In this document: in pieces, positions 1-10,546 of the stretch | Position numbering within the stretch: position 1 is the first letter of the stretch | How the letters are laid out: every line of letters begins with the position of its first letter | Made by a program: the position numbers and the translations under genes | Notes under the pieces: generated by a model | Told to the model about the DNA's origin: nothing | Seen by the model: the letters and a program-made list of their open reading frames with translations, nothing else | Database searches by the model: none | Assembly: GCF_001194135.2 (NCBI RefSeq) | Contig: NC_068981.1 | Coordinates: 55,183,623-55,235,170, forward strand | Length of the DNA stretch: 51,548 bases | Direction of reading: 5' to 3' | Source: Octopus bimaculoides | Taxonomy: Eukaryota

Positions 1-58
<58 letters not shown>

Positions 59-72
59 TGTGTGTGTGTGTG
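1..72. repeat. (TG)n microsatellite
   Basis: Direct reading. Confidence 0.97.
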
Positions 73-553
73 TAAATGTGTTGTATATGTTCAATATTTT
101 ACTCAGGCACATATGCCTGTATATATTTACATTCACTTCGATTCTACCTTTATTCACTTTGAAAGGCCAGCAATCGGACCTACAAGAAATAACAGTAAAA
201 ACTTCTTCAAATTATACACTACTGTCTTAGAAAGTAAAAGATACATGACATAACGTAGCTCTGGATACACATTATATCCGAAGGGTTTTACTTATGTGCA
301 GTAACGAGTTCCTCCATTGAATATAGCTTGGAGAATGGATTGATGACATCAGCCGGACTTGTCTTAGATATTGTACACAGAGATGAAGACGAGTTGGAAT
401 TATGTGCTGATGCACGTCATTCTGTGTTGATACACGCCACTGTGTTGTATTTAAGTACTGATCTTCGTTTATGGTGAGCGTCGTATAGCAAAAGGTGAAC
501 TCGTAGAAGACAATGACCGCTCCGCAGTTTCAAGCTATTCACTTCAGCTACAC

Positions 554-818
554 CAGTGGCTTTCAACTGGGGTCCACATGACCATTGGGGATCCATATAA
601 GATTAAAATTTTGTTGTTAAAATTTATGTGCTATAGATTGGTTATAGTTCTACAATACCCAAAATATCGTAAGTTTTTTTCTTTTAATATATAATTCCTG
701 ATGTATTTAATTATAAAAATATAATCAGATTTTTAAAACTTCAAATGGCTATGGGGATCCAGTCTAGTTAAAAAGGAACCAAAGGGGTTCATAGGCAAAA
801 AATAGTTGAGAGCCTATG
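554..818. mobile_element. hAT-type MITE
   Basis: TIRs CAGTGGCTTTCAAC and GTTGAGAGCCTATG (11/14 match). Flanked by 8-bp TSD agctacac (546-553) and agatacac (819-826). An 8-bp TSD and CAG termini are characteristic of hAT. Confidence 0.75.
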
Positions 819-951
819 AGATACACCCTACTGCCATTGACAAAAGGTTTAAACATCGCATTTGCTTTCTCCTTAATATATAGAAGTTTTGTGTCAATAC
901 TCTCTCGCTAAAATATATCGTGCCATATCAACACATCTAAAATTCGTAGAA

Positions 952-1155
952 GGGAGGATAGCTGGCAGAATTGTCTATACCCCGGACAAAATGCTCTGCG
1001 ACATGTCTTCTGGTGCTTTACGTTCCGAGTTCAAATCCCGCCGAGGTCAAATTTGCCTTTCGTCTCTTCGAGGTCGATAAGTTAAAGTACCAGTCAAATA
1101 CTGAAGTCGATGTAACTGACTTGCCCCTTTCCCTCAAAATGGTCGGCCTTGAACT
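952..1155 (+). mobile_element. tRNA-derived SINE, family A (octopus OK-like), diverged copy
   Basis: A-box-like gctggcagaa, B box gagttcaaatcc, and body ccgaggtc...tcgataa...gtaccag shared with more than 10 copies in this window. Confidence 0.75.
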
Positions 1156-1329
1156 CTGCAAAGTATCGGCGTCTCGTTCAGGGGAATATCGGGATCTCGG
1201 TCATTTATATGTCATGGAAACTGGGTAACCGGCCTTATGTGTTCTAAGGTACGAGAAAAAAATTGTAGGTATTCGAACAAAATAACACTGAATTGAGTGT
1301 TTTGCGAAGATAGAACAATCCCACCGAAA

Positions 1330-1800
1330 TATAAAATTATTATTGTCCAACTCTTGGAAATCAACATCCTAGGTGATTCCAATGCATATAAGACTTTCTA
1401 GCTCTTCCTCTTTCTCAAGATCAAAATCTTTTTCATCCCAAACTGCCTATATCAATTAGTATCTTCACCCACTCGTATCTCTGCTTAACATACTGACCTC
1501 CAAGATACTAACCTTTGCATCCAACCTACCGTCGGTCGTAGTTTCTTCCGTAATAAAGTTCCACAGCACCCAAGGTGCAAATACACTGTTGGTGTTCCTA
1601 TATTATTTAACAGGCAACACAAGCCAGAGGAAATCTTGCACCCATTCTCACCGACGCCCAAGAGATGCAACCCTGTCCCTATTGGCTCCTCTTACAACAC
1701 CTCTACGTATAGAATCATTCGGCCATTGTTTTAGCATGGTTTTTCATACAATATCACCCTAATTCGCAGTATCTTCTGTTCCTCGAGCCCTCTACAACAC
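1330..1800 (-). mobile_element. Highly decayed RTE-type LINE 3' fragment
   Basis: Minus-strand translation fragments (VGWMQRLVS and a GRGR-like purine stretch) weakly resemble RTE ORF C-terminal motifs. Many disablements. Confidence 0.4.
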
Positions 1801-2669
1801 ACGAAGTAAAATGGAAGGGTACTTCAACTAGATGTCTCACACACTAGAAATATTAATACAAGTTCTTTTATTTGGAGGTTATTGTTGTGTTTTTTTAGTG
1901 CTGAATAATGACTCGGATACAGATGGTGTAGATATACTCTCAATAGAAAAATGGGTATGTAGGTAGCATAATTCACGTAGCGACAATCAGAAATAGAATA
2001 ATTATATTCAGACAAATGATAGACTACATTCAGCATCCATCGCCATTTCATTATTTTCCAAGAGTTGCAATATCGGACAATTTAATGGACTAATCCATTG
2101 AAGACATTGTGCAGGCTACTTCATGAGTCGGTGACAGTGATACTGTCATCAGAACTATGTGTCAAACTTAGTATTATATGTAATACTGCTAACCAAATTT
2201 TAACTAGTCTTTTGATGTTCATTGCCTTAAATATGCTGATACTATCTTAATTACATTTTTCATGCGGAGAGGGTTTCTGAGTAATTTTCCTTTGTGACTC
2301 ATTTTTGCTAAATGTACTATTATATTTATCAGAGTATTTTTATATAAAAATTAGGTGTTAAATATTATATTCCATTACTCCAGTATTATAAAACGCCTTA
2401 TTTTACTCTGGCAATATTTAACTTGTCACTCTTACTCATTCAATTCTACTTAAGCAATGTCGATTGTTACATCAAAACGGTTCTTAACATTTCTTACCAA
2501 ATTCAGTCCTATAACTTAAAACTACTTTTACCCTCGAAACATTACCTGAGCACATGCCACATATATACAAAATGATTTTCTTGATAACATCCTCTTACTC
2601 CTAAAAGTGTTTCATCTCCCCACTTCTAGTACTTAACTATTAAAATCTCATCTCATTTCATCTCACCTC

Positions 2670-2714
2670 TCTTTCTCCCATCTCTCTCTCACACACACTC
2701 TCTCTCTCTCTCTA

Positions 2715-2763
<49 letters not shown>

Positions 2764-2853
2764 ATACATACAAATATGCCATATTTTCAGACACACATGC
2801 ACCTATGCGCATACACACATAAACGCATATTCACACGCATATACACGCACTAG

Positions 2854-2905
<52 letters not shown>
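2670..2905. repeat. (TC)n and (CA)n microsatellite cluster
   Basis: Direct reading. Confidence 0.95.
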
Positions 2906-2907
<2 letters not shown>

Positions 2908-4130
2908 TACACTACAATGTATATGCAAAGTTAATTAACTACAATTTTGGAAATTCTCTGGTATCCATTTTGCTATTCTTGAAAACTAATTAGCTTCTTT
3001 TTTGTTTGAATTAAGTCGTCAAGATATTAAAGAGCGATAATTTAGTTGATTTCTCAATTTTTTTAAAATTCTTTAATGAGTTTTATTCGGAGTATTGAAT
3101 CTAATGCTTTCAAAGACTTAACAGAGATTATTCCTGGGAAATCTATCGACATTGTTGCAATACATAAGCTGAATTAGAGCAAAGCTTTTCTTAAAAGTGC
3201 CTTATCTATCCACATGTCATATCATTGGATGCTTTATTACTTTTATCCAGTTGTGACGAACTAATTGCGTTCGCACAAATCTAATGATAAGATCGGAATT
3301 TTTCTTAACTATAATAACATTTTTCAAAGTGAAATTTATTTTAATTACTTTCTACAAACAAGAACATGATATTTATCTGAAAACTAACTATTATGTTTTG
3401 TTCTGAAACGTAAATAGATGTTACTGACTCATTGTTTTGTATAGTCTGTTGATCCAGTGATGAAGCTCATCGTCTATAGTCTGTGAGGTTCTCCGAGAGT
3501 TTAACAGCTGGAATATTACAAGAGATTTTTACGATAACTATCAAATAAAAATATATAAGTACCCTGTGAGACTACAGGCACTGAGCACATACAGTCTTGG
3601 GTAGGGATTCGGAAGAGAGAATTACAGAAGGTATGAAATGAAGTCAGTGAGTACGAAGGTAAAGGGAGAAAATGTGCAGAAGACCAGACATAGGGTTAGT
3701 GGGTGAGCGAGAGTTAGTCAAGCAAAATAAAAGCTCTCATCAAGTCGAGTTCGCATCTCAGCTTTGCTTCTCGGTTGAAGCTTGTTTCACTTCACTTCTT
3801 TAATGTTCTTGAGAAAGGCATGGTGTCCTACAATATATTCTTCTTCTGTAACCACATCTGACTAGGTACCTAAATAAGAAATCAAAAGGCGTTGTTAATA
3901 GGATTCGAATGATTAAGTTGAATACGAGAGTATTGTCTGCATTTTTAATATAAAAAATAATTAGAATAATTTAATATACTATTTTCCATTGTTGGTTTCA
4001 GTCATTTACTGTGGTTACAGTGGAGCACTGCCTTCAAGAGTTTTGTCGATCATATTGTACTTCTTTCAGTGTGAAACTAAATTCATCGTTCTGTGGTTGT
4101 CGAAGAACTTACATATATACACGCGTGCCA

Positions 4131-4211
<81 letters not shown>

Positions 4212-4638
4212 GTGCCACCTTTTTTTGCCTGTTCATTTTGTCACGCTAACGAGAAGAGTGACAACAGGAAGATCAAAATGAGAAGCAATCGAAGGATGAG
4301 GTATTTATTATATTGATTAGAGTGACAAAGAGAGAAAATGTGAGCGAGAGAAGGAGATTTATAATGAAAGTGAGTTGTATGGAGTGTTGCACTAGTCGGA
4401 TTAGCAGACCAATGAACATCAACGAAAGAGACTGAATAAATTCAACAAGGATTCGTATTTCAAAGCAAAGCAACTGGATATAAAAGATGACTACTTCATT
4501 ACGTGTCATGCAGAGTTCAGCTAACTAAATGGAATTACAGACTGTCTTGGAATTACAGATTGAAAATCATGAGGGCCAATCAATCATCTTGTCAAAGAAT
4601 CTGGTAATTAAGGAATTGTCGTAATTAAATATTTCTAT

Positions 4639-4846
4639 ATTCTTTTCTATTCTAGGCACAAGGCCCGAAATTTTGTGGGGGGGGACCAGTTGATTAGATC
4701 GACCCCAGTACGCAACTGGTACTTAATTTATCGATCCCGAAAGGTTGAAAGGCAAAGTCGACCTCGGCGGAATTTGAATTCAGAACGTAAAGACATACGA
4801 CATACCGCTAAGCATTTCGCCCGGCGTACTAAAGTTTCTGCCAGCT
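4639..4846 (-). mobile_element. SINE family A copy
   Basis: Reverse complement gives ctggcagaaac...gaattcaaattccgccgaggtcgactttgcc...gggccttgtgcctagaatagaaaagaat. Confidence 0.9.
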
Positions 4847-5178
4847 TGTATATTTTATTTGTATTCAAATAAACAAATCATAAAAGACGACGTTTTGGTA
4901 CTACATAAACTTGAAGTGGACATGATAATAAATTTTGCTTGGAATTTTCTATAATTTGTGTGTGTGTGTGTGTGTGTNNNNNNNNNNNNNNNNNNNNNNN
5001 NNNNNNNNNNNNNNNNNNNNNNNNNNNAAATAAAAATCAAAATGGTAAAAACAACGTTTCGTCGTTCATTTATATGAATCGAATGTTCTTTTGTTTTGTT
5101 TAGAAGAGGAGTATATTCTTTTGGTGTTTGGGGGGAAAAGGAGAGAGAGAAGAAAAGCAAAGTCGGGAGGAAATAGAT

Positions 5179-5450
5179 TGTTGTGATGAGAGTTACGACG
5201 CCCCCTTGCAAGAGATAGACTGGTCCGAGTAAAGTATAAATAGTAACGATTTGAGTGAGTTCAACGTCTAGAGTTCGGAGTCGAGTGATGTTCGTGTTAG
5301 TTCGCAGTGTTAGTTCTTTTACACTGTATAGCCAAGTCCATATTCTGTATAATTCTATGTTTTGCATGAACAAACATTAAATGTTAGTACAATATTCATA
5401 AATTAGGTAAATAAAGTCAGAATCACGAATTACTTTGCCAACTAGCTACA
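5179..5450 (+). mobile_element. Candidate solo LTR
   Basis: 272 bp with TGTTG...CTACA termini, TATAAATA at 5235, AATAAA at 5410, and flanks atagat/ttagat (5/6 match, TSD-like). Confidence 0.5.
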
Positions 5451-6532
5451 TTAGATATCTTTCCTAATCAGTAGTAAAATGGTTCTAGTATTCTTTCTCA
5501 GGTATATGTATANNNNNNNNNNNNNNNNNNNNNNNNNNNNNNNNNNNNNNNNNNNNNNNNNNNNNNNNNNNNNNNNNNNNNNNNNNNNNNNNNNNNNNNN
5601 NNNNNNNNNNNNNNNNNNNNNNNNNNNNNNNNNNNNNNNNNNNNNNNNNNNNNNNNNNNNNNNNNNNNNNNNNNNNNNNNNNNNNNNNNNNNNNNNNNNN
5701 NNNNNNNNNNNNNNNNNNNNNNNNNNNNNNNNNNNNNNNNNNNNNNNNNNNNNNNNNNNNNNNNNNNNNNNNNNNNNNNNNNNNNNNNNNNNNNNNNNNN
5801 NNNNNNNNNNNNNNNNNNNNNNNNNNNNNNNNNNNNNNNNNNNNNNNNNNNNNNNNNNNNNNNNNNNNNNNNNNNNNNNNNNNNNNNNNNNNNNNNNNNN
5901 NNNNNNNNNNNNNNNNNNNNNNNNNNNNNNNNNNNNNNNNNNNNNNNNNNNNNNNNNNNNNNNNNNNNNNNNNNNNNNNNNNNNNNNNNNNNNNNNNNNN
6001 NNNNNNNNNNNNNNNNNNNNNNNNNNNNNNNNNNNNNNNNNNNNNNNNNNNNNNNNNNNNNNNNNNNNNNNNNNNNNNNNNNNNNNNNNNNNNNNNNNNN
6101 NNNNNNNNNNNNNNNNNNNNNNNNNNNNNNNNNNNNNNNNNNNNNNNNNNNNNNNNNNNNNNNNNNNNNNNNNNNNNNNNNNNNNNNNNNNNNNNNNNNN
6201 NNNNNNNNNNNNNNNNNNNNNNNNNNNNNNNNNNNNNNNNNNNNNNNNNNNNNNNNNNNNNNNNNNNNNNNNNNNNNNNNNNNNNNNNNNNNNNNNNNNN
6301 NNNNCCTATCTATCTATCCTTTCCCCATCCTTTATTATTATTATTTTTCTCCTCTTTCTTGATTGCCTGAAACCTCTCTCTCTATCTATTCCCCACCACG
6401 CTTTTTTTTTCTTTCTCTCTCTCTCTCTTTCCAGAAAAAAAAAATAATAATAATGATAATAATAATAATAATAATAATATTCTCCTCTTCTAAATAAAAA
6501 AAGAGCATCTAATTCATATGAATGAACAACGA

Positions 6533-6645
6533 AACGTTGTGTTAACAACAAACAAGATGAGGACAAATATCCGTCGAATGTAAATAATGTAAATAATGTG
6601 AATAATGTACATAATTCCTCATCTCTTAAATATAGAACTGTATTA
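6533..6645 (+). mobile_element. 5'-truncated copy of the hammerhead-bearing SINE tail
   Basis: Near-identical to 6896-6997 (cgaaacgttgtgttaacaacaaacaaga...cttaaatatagaactg) with one extra aataatgt-type unit. Confidence 0.85.
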
Positions 6646-6718
6646 TCTAATCGATTCGGAGCTGACATTAGACTTCAATGGAGACATATAGAGAAACTCT
6701 ATTAAAAACTAGCCTACG

Positions 6719-6998
6719 AGCATATGGCGTAGTGGTTAAGTGCGCGGGTTACTAACCCCAAGATTCCGAGTTCGATTTCAAGCAGTAACCTGAACAACAA
6801 CAATAATAACAATAACGTCGAAAATACCTTAGGAATGAGAACCCAGGTTCGAAATTTCCCCAAGACACCTGACGAAGGCTGGAGGGTATATCAACCGAAA
6901 CGTTGTGTTAACAACAAACAAGACGAGGACAAATGTCCGTCGAATGTAAATAATGTAAATAATGTACATAATTCTTCATCTCTTAAATATAGAACTGA
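6719..6998 (+). mobile_element. tRNA-headed SINE with Penelope-like hammerhead-containing tail
   Basis: A box TGGCGTAGTGG (6725-6735), arm GGGTT-act-AACCC, B box GAGTTCGATTTC (6768-6779), (AAC/AAT)n linker, then a CTGACGA...GAAAC motif. Runs into a gap at 6999. Confidence 0.8.
6864..6909 (+). ncRNA. Minimal type-I hammerhead ribozyme motif
   Basis: Stem I gacac(6864-6868)/gtgtt(6905-6909); core CTGACGA 6869-6875; stem II ggctg/caacc with one mismatch; GAAA 6897-6900; loopless palindromic stem III ACGT; predicted cleavage after GTT (6904). Confidence 0.6.
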
Positions 6999-7314
6999 NN
7001 NNNNNNNNNNNNNNNNNNNNNNNNNNNNNNNNNNNNNNNNNNNNNNNNNNNNNNNNNNNNNNNNNNNNNNNNNNNNNNNNNNNNNNNNNNNNNNNNNNNN
7101 NNNNNNNNNNNNNNNNNNNNNNNNNNNNNNNNNNNNNNNNNNNNNNNNNNNNNNNNNNNNNNNNNNNNNNNNNNNNNNNNNNNNNNNNNNNNNNNNNNNN
7201 NNNNNNNNNNNNNNNNNNNNNNNNNNNNNNNNNNNNNNNNNNNNNNNNNNNNNNNNNNNNNNNNNNNNNNNNNNNNNNNNNNNNNNNNNNNNNNNNNNNN
7301 NNNNNNNNNNNNNN

Positions 7315-7607
7315 CCTCGGGCCGACCAAAGCCTTGTGAGTGGATTTGGTAGACGGAAACTGAAAGAAGCCCGTCGTATATATGTATGTATATATGTGTG
7401 TGTGTGTTTGTGTGTCTGTTTGTCCTCCCACCATCGTTTGACAACCGATGCTGGTGTGTTTACGTCCCCGTAACTTAGCGGTTCGGCAAAAAGAGACCGA
7501 TAGAATAAGTACTAGGCTTACAAAGAATAAGTCCTGGGGTCGATTTGATTCGACTAAAGGCGGTGCTCCAGCATGGCCGCAGTCAAATGGCTGAAACAAG
7601 TCAAAGA
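7315..7607 (+). mobile_element. SINE family B / composite element, 3' part (head lost in gap)
   Basis: cctcgggccgaccaaagccttgtgagtggatttggtagacggaaactgaaag is the reverse complement of the core at 21912-22066. Followed by (TA/TG)n and a 3' domain ending ggcggtgctccagcatggccgcagtc...gaaacaagtcaaagaata. Confidence 0.8.
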
Positions 7608-7696
7608 ATATATATATATATATATGTATGTATTTTTACTTTCATTTGATATTTCGTATTTCATTTATATTTTGCTACTGAGACAAAATTATATCG

Positions 7697-7840
7697 ACAG
7701 GTTTCTGCACAGTTTCCGTTTAAGAAATTTTACTTAGAGGTTATTGGTGAATCCGAAGCTATCATAGAAGACAGTTACCCAAAGGTCACTCAGTGGGATT
7801 GAAACCAGAATTATGTGGCTGCGAAGCGAACTTCCTAACC
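7697..7840 (-). mobile_element. SINE family B, diverged copy
   Basis: agaagacag...ccaaagg...cagtgggattgaaacc...atgtggctgcgaagc matches the family B consensus seen at 21912 and 50447. Confidence 0.7.
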
Positions 7841-8747
7841 CTATTGATATAGACATGTTTGCACTTGATACACAAGTAGTGAGCGTGTCTGTAAATATAT
7901 GAGTTAATACTTGTGCATATGCTTTGGGACAATATTAAACTGGAAATAGATTTGAAAAACATCGATTAAAACATTGGTAAAATGTAAATATTGTGGAACA
8001 AAACTATCCATTTCGGTATACAATCGCGAACTGTAGATAAAATTCAGTTATCATGGAAATGTCGCACATCTAAAGTTAAAATATGTGCGTGTGCGAGCGT
8101 ATATGAACATCTTAAAATGTTGACTTTAACAAGCACAGAGAGTAAATTTGATTGCAATGAAGATAGAACATCCATTTTGTCAACAGGACTGAAATACGAG
8201 AAGAAAAAGGTTCTAACCATTCCTAATTATTGTATAACGTGGAAATTATTAATCGATTTCCCTCTTGGTCAAGTAACTGAAAATATATACTTTAGAAATG
8301 TCTCGTTTTAAATTATTTGCGAAGACGTAATTTTTATGTTGTGTCAAGCCAAATAAACATTCAATCTGTTAGAGTCTCTACTTCAGCTGCTAGAAATCAC
8401 AGATATGTAAAATAATTATATATTTTAAGTGAAAATTCTTCTTGATTATACTTTGTATGTGATAAATACAAACTATATCATATTAAACTGAGTAAATGAA
8501 ATAGTTAATTCATAATTTCATAGATCTCTACAAACTTATGAAAATAAAGCTTTTAACATTTAATACAGATAGTCTATACAACATTAGAAAGATTAATCAT
8601 TTTCATGAAGCTGATCAAATTGTATATTTTTCATATCAACAAATATTTTTAATGCTATGAATTTAGAGGATTATGGTTAAGTGTTAAGCAGATATCATTA
8701 GATATAAATATTCCGCATTTTCATTCAAGATATTTCTAAAATAATGT

Positions 8748-8820
8748 TTTCTTCAAAAGCGACAGAATTTCTTCAAAAGCGACAGAATTTCTTCAAAAGC
8801 GACAGAATTTCTTCAAAAGC
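8748..8820. repeat. Perfect 20-bp minisatellite (TTTCTTCAAAAGCGACAGAA) x3.65
   Basis: Identical units read directly from the sequence. Confidence 0.95.
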
Positions 8821-9423
8821 TGCACAATTACTGCACAAATGCATTGATCCCAGGTCAGAGACAATTTAAGTAGATTGACAAATGAAAGAAAATAAAGTCT
8901 AATGAAATAAATTATTAAAACAGACTTATTATTGGATATACGATCAGTCAACAAGTTATTCCTTAGATGCGAAGTATTTACCATATTAGATGTCTCAAAT
9001 TGTTTGAGAACCGAGAACATCAAGTAGATTAATTTTTCTGCTAATGCAACTATAACATAACTAACAAGCCCGACCTCATGAATTTCGAGTATGCACAATT
9101 GCAGCAGTTGAGTAAATATGTACATTTGATCTAAAGTCTGAGTTAAGAAATAAGTGGCCCTGCTATTACACTCGTAACACTTAGTTAATTACTCTGAAAC
9201 CTCAGACTGTTTAGTTCACTTCTTGCGTTTCTTGAAGTTAAAACAATCATTTTGCGATTGAAGGGAACGAAACCCAGCGCAATGTACCCAGCTGCAAATC
9301 ATAAGATAACAAGCAATATTATACCGGATTACTTAGATTGTTTCTTCGTAATTAAGATATTTATGAGTATGCAACAGAATCTGCATGTACACTGTGTATA
9401 TGTGTATACACGCGCGCACACGT

Positions 9424-9456
<33 letters not shown>

Positions 9457-9482
9457 ATTAGCATGTATATTTGTTCGCTGTC

Positions 9483-9513
<31 letters not shown>

Positions 9514-9515
9514 AA

Positions 9516-9557
<42 letters not shown>

Positions 9558-9707
9558 GATTAAGATTAATGTAATATAAAGCTGAAAAAAAAAAAAAAAN
9601 NNNNNNNNNNNNNNNNNNNNNNNNNNNNNNNNNNNNNNNNNNNNNNNNNNNNNNNNNNNNNNCGTGTGTTTTTATTGGCTAAACTGGCAATATGACCATC
9701 CCCAAGT

Positions 9708-9754
<47 letters not shown>

Positions 9755-10369
9755 CACATATGCATACATATATACATATAAGTGTATGTGTGCGTGTGTG
9801 TGTGTGTGTGTGTGCATTGTTAAAGGAACGAACAGGCATAACTTGATAATCCTTTATTCCAATTGTTACATATGTTTCAATATTCGGCAACACATGACGT
9901 CACACTACAGATGCAAAGAGTAGATGCAGCTTATAAGGCAAGCATGGAGCAAGCGCATCGTCACACAATCGCTAAAGAAATACGCGATTAGCGTTGGAGG
10001 TGAAAACCTATATGGTTTAATTGTCGCGCGCCGAGCTCATTTAATCATACGTATATAGGTCAGTAGTTCATATATCCCGAAAAGAGGCATACTCTAAAAC
10101 ATTAGGTACAGTCTGATGAGTCCCCTACACAGCCAAACGCTTTATAGGTGCGAAACCAAGTTTCACTCTCTGACTGGCCATAACAAACTACTACGCACAC
10201 ACACACACACACACACACGTATGTATGCATGCATGCATGTATGTATGTATGTATGTATGTATGTATGTATGTATGTATGTATGTATATGCATATAATTTC
10301 AAAAATAACTTTCAAGCCATGAAATATGCTGCATTAGAACTTAAACGAATTCATCCTTTCATCCCCATA

Positions 10370-10546
10370 CAATAGCGTAGGTGGGAAACGGGGAACGAGG
10401 GAAGGTGCTCTGCCCCGGGCGAAGCTTTTATGGGGACGGCACTTTTGGGTCTACTATATAAGGTCATAAAGGCTGTATTGGGCCTCGGATGGGGACAGTA
10501 AACTCAAAGACTGCCCCGAATGGCACACTCTCTAGCTACGCTACCG
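10370..10546. mobile_element. GC-rich MITE-like element
   Basis: Termini CAATAGCGTAG and CTACGCTACCG (9/11 inverted match) around a GC-rich interior. No TSD recognisable. Confidence 0.5.

Noticed and set aside
259-477. 72-codon open frame with AG at 300-301 and ATG|GTGAGC donor at 471-479 (neighbouring exon or alternative tubulin exon 1)
   Set aside because: No recognisable homology, and it is 19 kb from exon 2 while a closer strong candidate exists at 15146.
6719-6790. tRNA gene
   Set aside because: A and B boxes are present, but there is no acceptor stem or proper 7-nt anticodon loop and it continues into a repeat body, so it is a SINE head.
8748-8820. CRISPR-like array
   Set aside because: Units are contiguous with no spacers, and the context is eukaryotic.
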